Shown here: piece by piece, positions 32,505-42,285 of the stretch
Numbering within the stretch: the stretch's first letter is position 1
Layout: the number at the start of each line of letters is the position of its first letter
NCBI GenBank assembly: GCA_963705275.1
Contig: OY970063.1
Span: 412,438-476,437 of the forward strand
Length of the DNA stretch: 64,000 nt
Direction: 5' to 3'
Source of the DNA: an uncultured delta proteobacterium
GTDB lineage: Bacteria > Desulfobacterota > Syntrophia > Syntrophales > UBA2185
Notes under the pieces: generated by a model
Databases searched by the model: none
Seen by the model: the letters and a program-made list of their open reading frames with translations, nothing else
What the model was told of the DNA's origin: nothing
Made by a program: the position numbers and the translations under genes

Positions 32505-34526
32505 TCACGATTCACGATGCTTCTGCTGCAATATCTTTATCTTCAAAGCAGGAATCTTCTTGGCTGCCACGTTCGAATCAGGATTGAGCTCATAGGCATG
32601 AATGTAAGCTTTTAGGGCATCCTGATACATCCCCTTCTTTTCATATGCCTTACCCAGACTAAGATAGACATCATCGTCCTCTGCATCATACCTTAATGAA
32701 ATTTTATAGTATTCAATCTCCTTATCTACATCATTCTTGAGACCGTAGACATATCCGAGGCCCGAGTAAGCAGTCGCTCTCTTAGGATTAATATTTATCA
32801 TTTTCTTGTAGGTTTTGATGGCATTTTCATACTGCTTTTCATCCGTGTAGTGTTCCGCCAGAATATCCAGGACATCCATGTTCGGACGGGACGAGGCTAC
32901 ATACTCGTACTCGCGAATGGCTTCTTTTTTTCTGCCAAGCTTATCGTAAGTGTATGCAAGGTTATAATGGACCTGAGCATCCTTAATTCCATATTTGATC
33001 GCTTTTTCGTAGTACTCAGCTGATAGCTTATATTTCTTAAGTTCGCCGTATGCAAAACCAAGATTAGCATGAATGGCTGCTTTTCTGGGTGAGGTTTTCA
33101 GAATTTTCTCATAAACCCTGATAGCTTCATTGTAACGCTTATTCTTGAAGTCGATGTCAGCCAGTTTTGTTGTGGCTTCCAGATCCCCCGGATTTGTCTT
33201 GAGAACTGCCTGGTATTCCCGTGCGGCATCATGGTCTTGATTCCTTTTTTCGTAAGCAGAAGCAAGATTGTAGTGAACCACAGGATCCTTCGGATTCAAA
33301 GATATGGCCTTCTTATAATTCTCTATTTCTTCCTTCCACTGTCCCTTGCCGCCATAGGCAAGGCCCAGATTTGCGTAGGCTGTGGCATTACGCGGCTGTT
33401 TAGCAACAATTTCCTTATACAACCTTATAGATTCATCGTAGTTTCCGGCCCTAAGGTTGGCGCCGGCTAAGGCAATCTTTACGTGCTCAGTTTCCCGCGC
33501 CTTTGTCAGAACAATCCTGTACTGCTCGACGGCATTTTTTAAATCATTCGCCTTTTCATACGCCTCGCCAAGTCTGAATCGCACCAGCGTATCATCGGGG
33601 TTTATCTGCAGGGATTCTTTATAGTTCGCAATGGCCTTTCCCCATGCTCCCGTATTGCCATAAGCATATCCGATATTTGCTAACACAGACGCATCGCGGG
33701 GACTTATCTTAAGGAGCTTCACGCCCGCTTTGATTGCTTTATCATAATCCCGTGTCTTAATATAGCACCTTAAGAGTCCCGCCAAAGAACCGGCATCATC
33801 CCTCTTCAGCGAAAGGATATCGTTATACTGAGCAATTGCCTTCTCTGCCAAGCCTGACTGCTCGTAGATAGCCGCCAGCATTTTGCGAACGCCGACATCT
33901 TTCTTATTCATGTCTATGGCCCGTTTCAGATACTCAATCTGGGCTTGCTGATTCTCCGAATTCTTGGCATATCTCAACCAGTCCTGCGGCATAATTACGA
34001 CTTTCATGGGAACGGATGCAATTACTTCCCCTTTATATTTTACTGCTATACTGCCGGCATCGGCGGCTGCATCACGCTGGCCTTTACTCCGGGTCATGAC
34101 AACCTTATCGACCAAATCGATGCCTCGAAGCATTACGCGGAAGTGATCCGTTCCGCCAAGCCCATCAACATGCACCGTAACTCCGCGACCGAAAAAGACG
34201 TCCGTGGTAATGTCTTTCACAACAAATTCATCCCGATAAGAAATATCTAATACATCGCCCTTTTTCAATCTGTAGTCTTTCCCGTTCTTTTCCACGTCCA
34301 GATAATAAAATTGCGGTTTCCCTCCAAGAAGAACAAATGAAAAAGTGTTCTTTAATCTCACGAGACTTAAGGGATACTTATGCATTTTCTCGGGAAATGC
34401 ATAAGTGGCGATTATCCAGGCAAGAATGAGCATGGCCGCCACGGAAGCTGCAATGATGGCGATAAACAACCCTCTGCCCGGCCTATTAAGACCCTCCCAT
34501 TTTCTTCTGATAAAGCTGGATCCCAT
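32505..34526 (-). CDS. Membrane-anchored tetratricopeptide-repeat protein
   Basis: N-terminal TM helix, a non-repeat domain of about 170 aa, then more than 12 TPR units (A..YN.LG.AY...G....A...Y..AL...P). Confidence 0.8.
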   Translation of the reverse strand: MGSSFIRRKWEGLNRPGRGLFIAIIAASVAAMLILAWIIATYAFPEKMHKYPLSLVRLKNTFSFVLLGGKPQFYYLDVEKNGKDYRLKKGDVLDISYRDEFVVKDITTDVFFGRGVTVHVDGLGGTDHFRVMLRGIDLVDKVVMTRSKGQRDAAADAGSIAVKYKGEVIASVPMKVVIMPQDWLRYAKNSENQQAQIEYLKRAIDMNKKDVGVRKMLAAIYEQSGLAEKAIAQYNDILSLKRDDAGSLAGLLRCYIKTRDYDKAIKAGVKLLKISPRDASVLANIGYAYGNTGAWGKAIANYKESLQINPDDTLVRFRLGEAYEKANDLKNAVEQYRIVLTKARETEHVKIALAGANLRAGNYDESIRLYKEIVAKQPRNATAYANLGLAYGGKGQWKEEIENYKKAISLNPKDPVVHYNLASAYEKRNQDHDAAREYQAVLKTNPGDLEATTKLADIDFKNKRYNEAIRVYEKILKTSPRKAAIHANLGFAYGELKKYKLSAEYYEKAIKYGIKDAQVHYNLAYTYDKLGRKKEAIREYEYVASSRPNMDVLDILAEHYTDEKQYENAIKTYKKMININPKRATAYSGLGYVYGLKNDVDKEIEYYKISLRYDAEDDDVYLSLGKAYEKKGMYQDALKAYIHAYELNPDSNVAAKKIPALKIKILQQKHRES

Positions 34527-34547
34527 AATTTGCCTTTAGATCACTTA

Positions 34548-35483
34548 TTAGCCTCTCGGGTGGTATCTCTTATGGATGGATTTCAATCTTTCCCGAGTAA
34601 TATGCGTGTAGATCTGTGTCGTTGCTATATCTGCATGACCGAGCATAATCTGAACGGAGCGGAGATCAGCTCCCCCTTCCAGCAGATGTGACGCAAAAGA
34701 GTGCCTGAATGTATGGGGATGTACTTTTTTGTTGAGCCCAGCTCGAAGCACATACCGTCTCACAATTTTCCAGAAACCCTGACGTGTCAGCCCATAACCC
34801 GACCTATTGAGAAAGAGGATGTTCGTTTTTTGCCCCTTAATGAACTTCGGTCTTTCCTGATTTACATATTCACAAACACAGTTATAGGCGGATCGTCCTA
34901 TGGGAACAATACGTTCTTTGCCGCCCTTACCCATAACAACAAGGTATCCAACCTGCCAGTTAATGCTGTTCATGGTCAGCGCAATAATTTCCGAAACGCG
35001 AATCCCTGTTGCGTACATGAGTTCCATCATCGCAGTGTCCCTTATGGCTGCGGGATTTTTCATGCCTGGCTGAGCAAGAAGCAGATTCATTTCTTCCTTA
35101 CTGAGTGTATCAGGGAGACGCGCCCAAACCTTCGCCAGTCCGATATTCGCCAGGGGATTTGCATCAATTCTTTTCTCGCGGAGCAAGAACTTAAAGAACC
35201 CTCTAACAGCCGCCAGTCCTCTATTCACAGATCTCGCGTTGAGTCCGCCTTTCTTGACCTGCTCCAAATATGAAATAATTTCATCAGGTGTAACATCTGC
35301 GGCTTCTTGTTTGCCTCTATTTTGCACAAGGTTGACAAATCGATTCAAATCGTGGCTGTAGGCCTCTATCGTGAGGCGGGAAGCCCCTTTCTCAACGGCA
35401 AGAAAATTCAGATACTCATCAATCAAATCATTCACGGAAAGGCCTTTGGACAATCTGCAAGAGGCATCACAACCGGCAAACAA
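34548..35483 (-). CDS. xerD: XerC/XerD-type tyrosine recombinase (housekeeping dimer resolution)
   Basis: N-terminal SAM-like domain (LTIEAYSHDLNRF). Catalytic residues in HTFRHSFASHLL and LGHADIATTQIYTH. Confidence 0.85.
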   Translation of the reverse strand: MFAGCDASCRLSKGLSVNDLIDEYLNFLAVEKGASRLTIEAYSHDLNRFVNLVQNRGKQEAADVTPDEIISYLEQVKKGGLNARSVNRGLAAVRGFFKFLLREKRIDANPLANIGLAKVWARLPDTLSKEEMNLLLAQPGMKNPAAIRDTAMMELMYATGIRVSEIIALTMNSINWQVGYLVVMGKGGKERIVPIGRSAYNCVCEYVNQERPKFIKGQKTNILFLNRSGYGLTRQGFWKIVRRYVLRAGLNKKVHPHTFRHSFASHLLEGGADLRSVQIMLGHADIATTQIYTHITRERLKSIHKRYHPRG

Positions 35484-35707
35484 TCACCCTTTCTCTGTTT
35501 GACCGTAACAAAAATAATTGTCCCCGCGTGCTTTCGCTGCCGAATTACCAATGCGGACTATTACAGGGAGCCGCCCTATTCACCTGTTAGACTCTCAACG
35601 TGTTTTTAACTTAAATGATTGAAGGACGCAAAGATTTTTTGCCTGTCGCCATTAATGATAAAGCATGAAGTGCAAAGATAGAGGAAATTAAATGGAAAGG
35701 CAGATCA

Positions 35708-38323
35708 TCATTTTGGCAGATTATCCAGTATCGCTTTCATCTTCTCGATGTCATATGGAACATCAACTCTCCAGCAGAATTCATTCTCCTTGAATTCTGA
35801 AACGAGGGGATCATCCGAATATCCGCATGAAACAATGGCCTTGACATGAGGATCTATGGTAAAAAGTTCCTTCAAGGTATCCTTCCCGCCCATCCCGTCT
35901 GGCACGTTCAGATCCAATACGACCGCATAAAATGGATAACCTTTTTCTGCGGCCATCTTATAGAGATCAACGGCTTCACTGCCATTCTTTGCATACTCAA
36001 CTTCATATCCAAGATAGTTAAGGACAATGCCTGTTGAATTCCGTACCGCCTCATCGTCATCCATAACCAATACCTTACCCTTTCTGGTAATTATTTGTTC
36101 CGTGACGCCTTTCCCTGAGGAGTCCAGCTGCGGTGAAGCAGGCAAATAGACGATGACGGTAGACCCCATACCCGGTTCAGATTCGACGGTGATGAAGCCA
36201 TCGTGTTTCTTTATGATGGAATAGCATACGGCAAGTCCCAGACCCATGCCTCTTGCGCTTCCTGTCGGCTTCGTCGTGAAATAAGGGTCAAATATTTTCG
36301 GCAAATCCTCCTTCGAAATACCGGCGCCATGATCCCTGATGGACCATTTCACATAACTGCCATCTTTCAACGGCAGACCGTTGCCTGCCGATATATTCAC
36401 ATTTTCGGCACGAATAGTTATTATTCCGACGTTATGCATAGCTTCGCGCGCATTGATCAAGAGATTGTGGATCACCTGTCGGATCTGCACATCATCCATT
36501 TCTACAGGCCACAGATTATCAGGCAGCGAGGATTCACATATTACATTAGAACCGCTCAGAGGAAGATCTACAGAATCCGTCAATAACTTTGAAATGGAGC
36601 CGATTTTTCTTAGGGGTTCGCCTCCTTTGGCGAAGGTCATCAAACGATGGGCCAATTCCTTCGCCTGATGACCCACCTTCTCAGCTATTTCGAGCCCCTC
36701 TCCCAAGAGTTCCTGTTGTTCATCTGGAAGAGATAATTTGGCGGCAAATATATTGCGCAGCATGACAGATACTAAATTATTAAAGTCATGCGCAATTCCA
36801 CTGGCAAAAATACCGAGTGATTCAAGCTTATTAACTCGTGACAACTCTTCTTCCGCCCTTCGGCGATCCGTAACATCATCCAGTGTTTCTATTGCGCCAA
36901 CAAGACTTCCTTGGGTATCCCTGATTACCGCTGCAGTAAAGTGAAGCCATTTCCCCGTCTCTCCCAGTTCCGGAAAAAAGTCTGTTGCCTCATAAGCCTC
37001 GTCCACCAACCGCGACTTCGTGTACTTATCAAGATACCACTGAGGAATTGACTCCAAGGCTTGATCCACCAATAGATCCGCCAAACAGGGTCTCTCTGCG
37101 CCATAGAATGCCCTCCATTGCCCTTTTGTGCCGACGATCTCTTCCGCCTTGATGCCACTGAGTTCCTCCAACGCCCTGTTCCAGTATATTACTCTGTGGT
37201 CTTTCCCGATTACGAACGTTGGAATGGGGGAACCTTCAATAACTCTGTGTAATCTCTGCTCACTCTCCTTGAGCTTTTCCTCCGCCTTCTTACGATCGGT
37301 GATGTCAGTAAAGATGGCGATACTACCTAAATACTGCCCATCCTTGTCATATACCGGCTTTGGCGAAACCAAGACTTGAATCTTATTGCCATCTTTGTGG
37401 GTGATAACAATTTCATAGGGGTCATCTTCCCCCTTTTCTCTCTTAATCCGTTGTTCCTGGAAAATTTTTTGATTCTCCTCTTCTACATACAATTTTGCGG
37501 CAGGATAACCGACAAGCTCTTCCTTGGGATATCCGGTCATCTCACAGAATTTCCTATTAACAAAGGTGCGAATACCTTTATTATCAACCATCCCTAAACC
37601 TTCATTCATGGTCTCAATCAGTAGCCGGTATTGCTCTTCGCTCTCCCTGAGCTTTTCCTCCGCCTTCTTACGATCGGTGATGTCAGCAAAGATGGCGATA
37701 CTACCTACATACTGCCCATCCTTGTCATATACCGGCTTTGGCGAAACCAAGACTTGAATCTTATTGCCATCTTTGTGGGTGATAACAATTTCATAGGGGT
37801 CATCTTCCCCCTTTTCTCTCTTAATCCGTTGTTCCTGGAAAATTTTTTGATTCTCCTCTTCTACATACAATTTTGCGGCAGGATAACCGACAAGCTCTTC
37901 CTTGGGATATCCGGTCATCTCACAGAATTTCCTATTAACAAAGGTGCGAATACCTTTATTATCAACCATCCCTAAACCTTCATTCATGGTCTCAATCAGT
38001 AGCCGGTATCTCTCTTCGGTCTCCCGCAGGGCATTTTCCGATTTACGGATAGAGTAGAAGAGCGGTGCAATCAAGGCAACTCCTGCCACCATCAGCACGG
38101 ATATAACAACGCCAACCAAATCGTCGAGCAGTGTGATATTAGGGGTTACTTGTATATGAAGAAAGGGCAATACATCTACGATGCGCCTCACAGCCATGAG
38201 TACAAGCCCAATCGCTATTAATATCCACGCGGCTCGAGCTTCTGTTACGCGTATCAACCTAAGCGCCAAGACGGCTGCCACTACTTGAAGCAAAACTGAA
38301 ATCAATAAAATATACTCAATCAT
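35708..38323 (-). CDS. Hybrid sensor histidine kinase: TM region, three PAS domains (two are near-identical copies), HisKA/HATPase, receiver
   Basis: H-box IAHDFNNL, G-boxes DHGAGI and GMGLGL, and a receiver with MDDDE...DLNVPDGMGG. Confidence 0.92.
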   Translation of the reverse strand: MIEYILLISVLLQVVAAVLALRLIRVTEARAAWILIAIGLVLMAVRRIVDVLPFLHIQVTPNITLLDDLVGVVISVLMVAGVALIAPLFYSIRKSENALRETEERYRLLIETMNEGLGMVDNKGIRTFVNRKFCEMTGYPKEELVGYPAAKLYVEEENQKIFQEQRIKREKGEDDPYEIVITHKDGNKIQVLVSPKPVYDKDGQYVGSIAIFADITDRKKAEEKLRESEEQYRLLIETMNEGLGMVDNKGIRTFVNRKFCEMTGYPKEELVGYPAAKLYVEEENQKIFQEQRIKREKGEDDPYEIVITHKDGNKIQVLVSPKPVYDKDGQYLGSIAIFTDITDRKKAEEKLKESEQRLHRVIEGSPIPTFVIGKDHRVIYWNRALEELSGIKAEEIVGTKGQWRAFYGAERPCLADLLVDQALESIPQWYLDKYTKSRLVDEAYEATDFFPELGETGKWLHFTAAVIRDTQGSLVGAIETLDDVTDRRRAEEELSRVNKLESLGIFASGIAHDFNNLVSVMLRNIFAAKLSLPDEQQELLGEGLEIAEKVGHQAKELAHRLMTFAKGGEPLRKIGSISKLLTDSVDLPLSGSNVICESSLPDNLWPVEMDDVQIRQVIHNLLINAREAMHNVGIITIRAENVNISAGNGLPLKDGSYVKWSIRDHGAGISKEDLPKIFDPYFTTKPTGSARGMGLGLAVCYSIIKKHDGFITVESEPGMGSTVIVYLPASPQLDSSGKGVTEQIITRKGKVLVMDDDEAVRNSTGIVLNYLGYEVEYAKNGSEAVDLYKMAAEKGYPFYAVVLDLNVPDGMGGKDTLKELFTIDPHVKAIVSCGYSDDPLVSEFKENEFCWRVDVPYDIEKMKAILDNLPK
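37262..38010 (-). repeat. Tandem direct duplication, 2 x 378 bp (126 codons, in frame), one PAS domain per copy
   Basis: 37271-37631 and 37649-38009 align without gaps over 361 bp with 2 mismatches (37309 T/37687 C and 37330 A/37708 C), compared base by base. Confidence 0.95.
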
Positions 38324-38748
38324 GACTCGCCTTCGTCGCCTTAATGCGAAGATAAATAATAAAATCCTAGCAGATTTTCACTGCGGGTGGAATTTCTATC
38401 ACAAAAGCCCCTGCACATGAAGGAATATTTGATACGCCACGCTCTTCCCGTTGCGCCCCCACATTGGTCGTGGTCATCGTGCGGAGCTACGAAATGTCAG
38501 AACGTGCTGTAAGTGATAATATGCCACTTTGCTTAATATCTGTACAGCAACACTTTTTACGCTTCCGTATAATCGGAGAAGTAGGCGTGTTTTCTCCAGA
38601 GTAGTCAAAAATTCTGTTGACACAGCGAATAGCATATGGTAAGCGCACTCCCGTACTTTACGGACGCATTGTGTTGCGATAAGAACATCCTGGTATTTAT
38701 TGACAACAGACAAATCCTCTAAATATCTCTAGAAGTTGGAAATTTAAA

Positions 38749-39111
38749 TTGACCCTCCACGAATTAAAAAAGCTTCTTGACGCAGAAGTCCTGATCGGTG
38801 AAGACCAGATGGACATGGAAGTGAAGACAGCCTTTGTCGCCGACCTCATGAGTGACGTTCTTGCCTTCGCGACTGCAGGGAGTCTTTTGATTACAGGTTT
38901 AACAAATCCTCAGGTTGTAAGGACAGCAGATGTGCTTGATATAGCTGCAATAATCATGGGTCGAGGGAAATTACCATCCCAGGAGACCTTCCAGTTAGCG
39001 GAGGAACTTAACATCCCCATTCTTACGACCAAGTATATTCTGTTTGAGATCGCTGGACGGTTGTACGCTAAAGGTATAAGAGGTTGTATAGAAAAAGTGG
39101 GGAGTAAATAA
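38749..39111 (+). CDS. DRTGG-domain protein (copy 1)
   Basis: 120 aa with a TTG start. The pattern ...FVADLMSDVLAFA..GSLLITGLTNPQVVRTADVLDIAAIIMGRGK...IPILTT...FEIAGRLY matches small DRTGG proteins. Confidence 0.8.
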   Translation: MTLHELKKLLDAEVLIGEDQMDMEVKTAFVADLMSDVLAFATAGSLLITGLTNPQVVRTADVLDIAAIIMGRGKLPSQETFQLAEELNIPILTTKYILFEIAGRLYAKGIRGCIEKVGSK

Positions 39112-39119
39112 GCGTAATC

Positions 39120-39566
39120 GTGGATGAAAAACCCCTGTATGAAGGAAGTTTTACAGTCGTCGGCGGTAATTTTGACAATGCTGGAGAAGTGTCAACTAAT
39201 ATCAAGTCGATTTTGAAGAAGATAGGGCTCTCCAAAGATGTGGTCAGGAAAGCGGCCCTCGTTGCTTATGAATCGGAAATAAATATTGTGTCTTATGCTA
39301 GAAAAGGGATGATCAGACTCCGCGTTGTCCCTGACTGCATAATGATAGAGGCTATAGATGAAGGCCAGGGGATTCCGGACATCGAGCAGGCCATGCAACC
39401 CGGATTCTCGACGGCGAATCAGAAGATCAGGGAAATGGGGTTTGGTGCCGGAATGGGATTGTGCAATATAAGAAGCTTTTCTGATGTATTTCAAATCTCG
39501 TCTGAAATCGGCAAAGGCACACACCTCAAAATGATCATCAAGGCGAACAGCAGCGTTATTCAATAG
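39120..39566 (+). CDS. RsbW/SpoIIAB-like GHKL serine-kinase-type ATPase ('anti-sigma regulatory factor')
   Basis: 148 aa with a GTG start, N-box-like ESEINIV, G1 DEGQGIPD and G2 GFGAGMGL. Confidence 0.75.
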   Translation: MDEKPLYEGSFTVVGGNFDNAGEVSTNIKSILKKIGLSKDVVRKAALVAYESEINIVSYARKGMIRLRVVPDCIMIEAIDEGQGIPDIEQAMQPGFSTANQKIREMGFGAGMGLCNIRSFSDVFQISSEIGKGTHLKMIIKANSSVIQ

Positions 39567-39588
39567 TCGCCAAAAGGAGTGCCGTGAC

Positions 39589-39933
39589 GTGGATTTAGAA
39601 TCTGTCGTCAAAGCCCTGAATTTAAAGGTCAGATCCGGTGAGGACAAGCTGAAAGCGGAGATTCGCGGAGGGTACGTAGGGGATTTGTTGAGCGATGTCA
39701 TGGCAAACAGCAAAGAGGGCGACATCTGGATTACCCGCCAGGTTCATCAGAATATCGTTGCCGTGGCCAGTCTTAAAGAACATGCGGGTATAATCCTCGT
39801 TCACGGAAGCGAGCCTGCAAAGGACACCATCGAAAAAGCCATCAAAGGGGGCGTTCCTGTAATGGTATCGGATCTTCCGTGTTTTGAGATTACCGGCAGA
39901 ATATACGCATTAATAAGCAAGAAGACCGATTGA
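39589..39933 (+). CDS. DRTGG-domain protein (copy 2)
   Basis: 114 aa with GGYVGDLLSDVMANSKEGDIWITRQVHQNIVAVASL...FEITGRIY. Confidence 0.8.
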   Translation: MDLESVVKALNLKVRSGEDKLKAEIRGGYVGDLLSDVMANSKEGDIWITRQVHQNIVAVASLKEHAGIILVHGSEPAKDTIEKAIKGGVPVMVSDLPCFEITGRIYALISKKTD

Positions 39934-39996
39934 AGCAGGAGCGGAGAAAAGAAAACACCGACAGCGGCCTTTTCTTCTCATGGATACTAAGTCTAT

Positions 39997-40737
39997 ATGC
40001 TCAGGGCATTTCGTTGCGATCTCCATGTACATACGTGCCTTTCACCCTGCGCAGACTTAGATATGTATCCTCGGGCAGTGGTAGACAAAGCCGTTGCCGA
40101 AAAATTGGACATCATTGCTATATGCGATCACAATGCCTCGGAGAATGCACGATTTGTATTGAGGTCTGCTGAGGGGAAACCGCTCACAGTCCTCCCGGGG
40201 ATGGAAATAACAAGCAGTGAAGAAGTTCATCTGCTGGCTCTTTTTGATACGTTGGATGGTCTGAAAAACATCCAGAATATTATTTATGCTCATCTTTCCG
40301 GTACGAATCGAGAGGAGATATTCGGATGCCAAGCTATCGTCAATGACTTAGACGAAGTTGAGGGCTTTAACGATAGGTTTCTCCTCGGAGCAGCCAAGTT
40401 ATCGCTGCCTGAAATTGTTGATCAGATTCATGGGTTCGGCGGGCTTGTGATCGCCTCTCATATCGATCGGGAAAGCTATAGCGTCATCAGCCAATTGGGG
40501 TTTATCGACCCGGATATTCATCTTGATGCCCTTGAGGTAACGCACCACACCGGATTTAAAGAGGCCCGGATAAAGTATCCAGAACTATCAGATTACCCTA
40601 TCATTGAGTCATCCGATGCGCATTTTATTAATGACATCGGAGGCGTGGCGACAACGATATTTATGGAAAGTGGTACTGTCTCGGAACTGAAAATGGCCTT
40701 TAGGAAACAAGGTGGCAGATATATTCAGGAGACATAG
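39997..40737 (+). CDS. PHP-domain metal-dependent phosphoesterase
   Basis: CDLHVHTCLSPCA...ICDHN...SHIDR...SSDAH histidine/aspartate pattern of the PHP fold. Confidence 0.8.
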   Translation: MLRAFRCDLHVHTCLSPCADLDMYPRAVVDKAVAEKLDIIAICDHNASENARFVLRSAEGKPLTVLPGMEITSSEEVHLLALFDTLDGLKNIQNIIYAHLSGTNREEIFGCQAIVNDLDEVEGFNDRFLLGAAKLSLPEIVDQIHGFGGLVIASHIDRESYSVISQLGFIDPDIHLDALEVTHHTGFKEARIKYPELSDYPIIESSDAHFINDIGGVATTIFMESGTVSELKMAFRKQGGRYIQET

Positions 40738-41286
40738 TTGCTTGAGATCTCCCTGCATATCCTGGATATTGTAGAAAACTCCACCAGGGCCGGTGCTAAT
40801 ACCGTATGTATTGACATTATAGAAAATACAGCAAAGGACATCCTGTCTTTAGAAATACGGGATAATGGTTCCGGGATGACCGCGGATGTTCTAAATAAAG
40901 TCATTGATCCATTTTTCACGACGAAAACGGTTCGCAGCGTCGGGTTAGGGCTCCCCATGCTTGCCCAGGCAGCCGAAAGAGCAGATGGTAGATTTATAAT
41001 CGAATCGAAGGGCGGTGAAGGAACGAGGGTTGCTGCAGATTTTAGACTCAGTCATATTGACAGACAGCCCCTTGGAGACATATCGGGTACACTTGTCACC
41101 CTGATTGCCGGAAATGAGGACGTCGATCTTATTTATCGTCATGAACATAATGGTCAGGTATATATTTTCGATACACGAGAAATTAAAAAAGAAATTGAAG
41201 ATATACCAATTAATCATGTGGCTGTTCTGAACTTCATCAGGGATCATGTAATAGAAGGCCTGAAGGAAATCGGGGCAGAGGCATGA
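40738..41286 (+). CDS. Stand-alone HATPase_c (GHKL) protein lacking a DHp/His phosphoacceptor domain
   Basis: TTG start abutting the PHP stop. N-box ENSTRAGA, G1 RDNGSGM, and FFTTK...GLGLPM. Confidence 0.75.
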   Translation: MLEISLHILDIVENSTRAGANTVCIDIIENTAKDILSLEIRDNGSGMTADVLNKVIDPFFTTKTVRSVGLGLPMLAQAAERADGRFIIESKGGEGTRVAADFRLSHIDRQPLGDISGTLVTLIAGNEDVDLIYRHEHNGQVYIFDTREIKKEIEDIPINHVAVLNFIRDHVIEGLKEIGAEA

Positions 41287-41308
41287 AGCTTTAAGGAGGA
41301 TTGAATGC

Positions 41309-41827
41309 ATGAAAGCGGGTAACGGAGATTTTGACATAAATAAAGAATTTACTGCCGAACAACTTGCAAAGCTTGACGACATCATCAAGAAATCCAAGGA
41401 CAAACCGGGCGCGCTAATTCCTGTTTTGGAGGAAGCGCAGATGGTCCTTGAATTCTTACCGATGCCTATTTTGCAGATAATTGCAAAAGGGCTGAATCTG
41501 CCGATGAGTCGTGTATACGGGGTCGTGACCTTTTATTCATTCTTTACGATGACCCCCCGCGGCAAGCATACATTGCGCGTGTGCCTCGGTACAGCTTGCT
41601 ACGTCCGCGGAGGCAAGTCCATCATGGAGGCAATACAGAAAGAGCTCGGCGTAAAAGAAAAAGAGACAACAGCCGACAGGCTCTTTTCGCTTGAGTCCGT
41701 CAGATGCCTTGGCGCCTGCGGATTGGCCCCGGTCATAGTCATCACCGAAGACGTCCACGGCCGGATGAAAACGCAAAAGGTAAGGGAAATACTGAGTCCA
41801 TACAGGGAAGAAACTGTATCAGCCTAA
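41309..41827 (+). CDS. NuoE/HydC-like thioredoxin-fold [2Fe-2S] subunit
   Basis: CLGTAC...CLGACGLAP cysteine pattern; 172 aa. Confidence 0.9.
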   Translation: MKAGNGDFDINKEFTAEQLAKLDDIIKKSKDKPGALIPVLEEAQMVLEFLPMPILQIIAKGLNLPMSRVYGVVTFYSFFTMTPRGKHTLRVCLGTACYVRGGKSIMEAIQKELGVKEKETTADRLFSLESVRCLGACGLAPVIVITEDVHGRMKTQKVREILSPYREETVSA

Positions 41828-41854
41828 CAAATTTTTCAGACGAGGGAAATAGCT

Positions 41855-42223
41855 ATGGCAAAACTCACGATAGCAGATTTAAAGAAGATCAAGGATAAAG
41901 TTCATTCCGAAACCTCATTGAGGGCGGGGGAGCATAGGGGTAAGGTAACGGTACACATGGGAACCTGTGGTATTGCCGCAGGTGCACGGGCAGTAATGGA
42001 CTCGTTGATGGGGGCGATCGCCGAAGCCAATGTATCCGATGTCATCGTGACAACGTCGGGATGCGCGGGACTATGCAGCCAGGAGCCTATGGTAACTGTT
42101 GAGCTTACGGGGAAGAACCCTATAGTCTATGGTAAGATCGATGCAAACAAGATGCGACAGATATTTATGAGACATGTCATGCAGGGAGAGGTGCAGACCC
42201 CGTTTGCGATAGCCAAGGTCTAA
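41855..42223 (+). CDS. Thioredoxin-like [2Fe-2S] ferredoxin
   Basis: 122 aa with GTCGIAAGA...TSGCAGLCSQEP. Confidence 0.8.
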   Translation: MAKLTIADLKKIKDKVHSETSLRAGEHRGKVTVHMGTCGIAAGARAVMDSLMGAIAEANVSDVIVTTSGCAGLCSQEPMVTVELTGKNPIVYGKIDANKMRQIFMRHVMQGEVQTPFAIAKV

Positions 42224-42285
42224 ATATCCATCAATACTAATGAACAAGTTAATTATACTAAAATGCTAAGGAGGAAGATATCCAC

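Noticed and set aside
34548-35483. Tyrosine recombinase as a possible mobile-element integrase
   Set aside because: Its length, N-terminal SAM-like domain and motif pattern are those of housekeeping XerC/XerD. It is flanked by core genes, with no att repeats or cargo, and lies 15 kb from the tRNA-linked islet.
38324-38748. Sigma-54 promoter upstream of the DRTGG operon (CTGGTATTTATTGACA at about 38,690)
   Set aside because: The GG-to-TTG spacing is two nt shorter than in TGGCAC-N5-TTGC, and the -12 GC is missing. The 79-aa ORF at 38474-38713 in the same gap was also rejected, because it has no RBS and lies in a promoter region.
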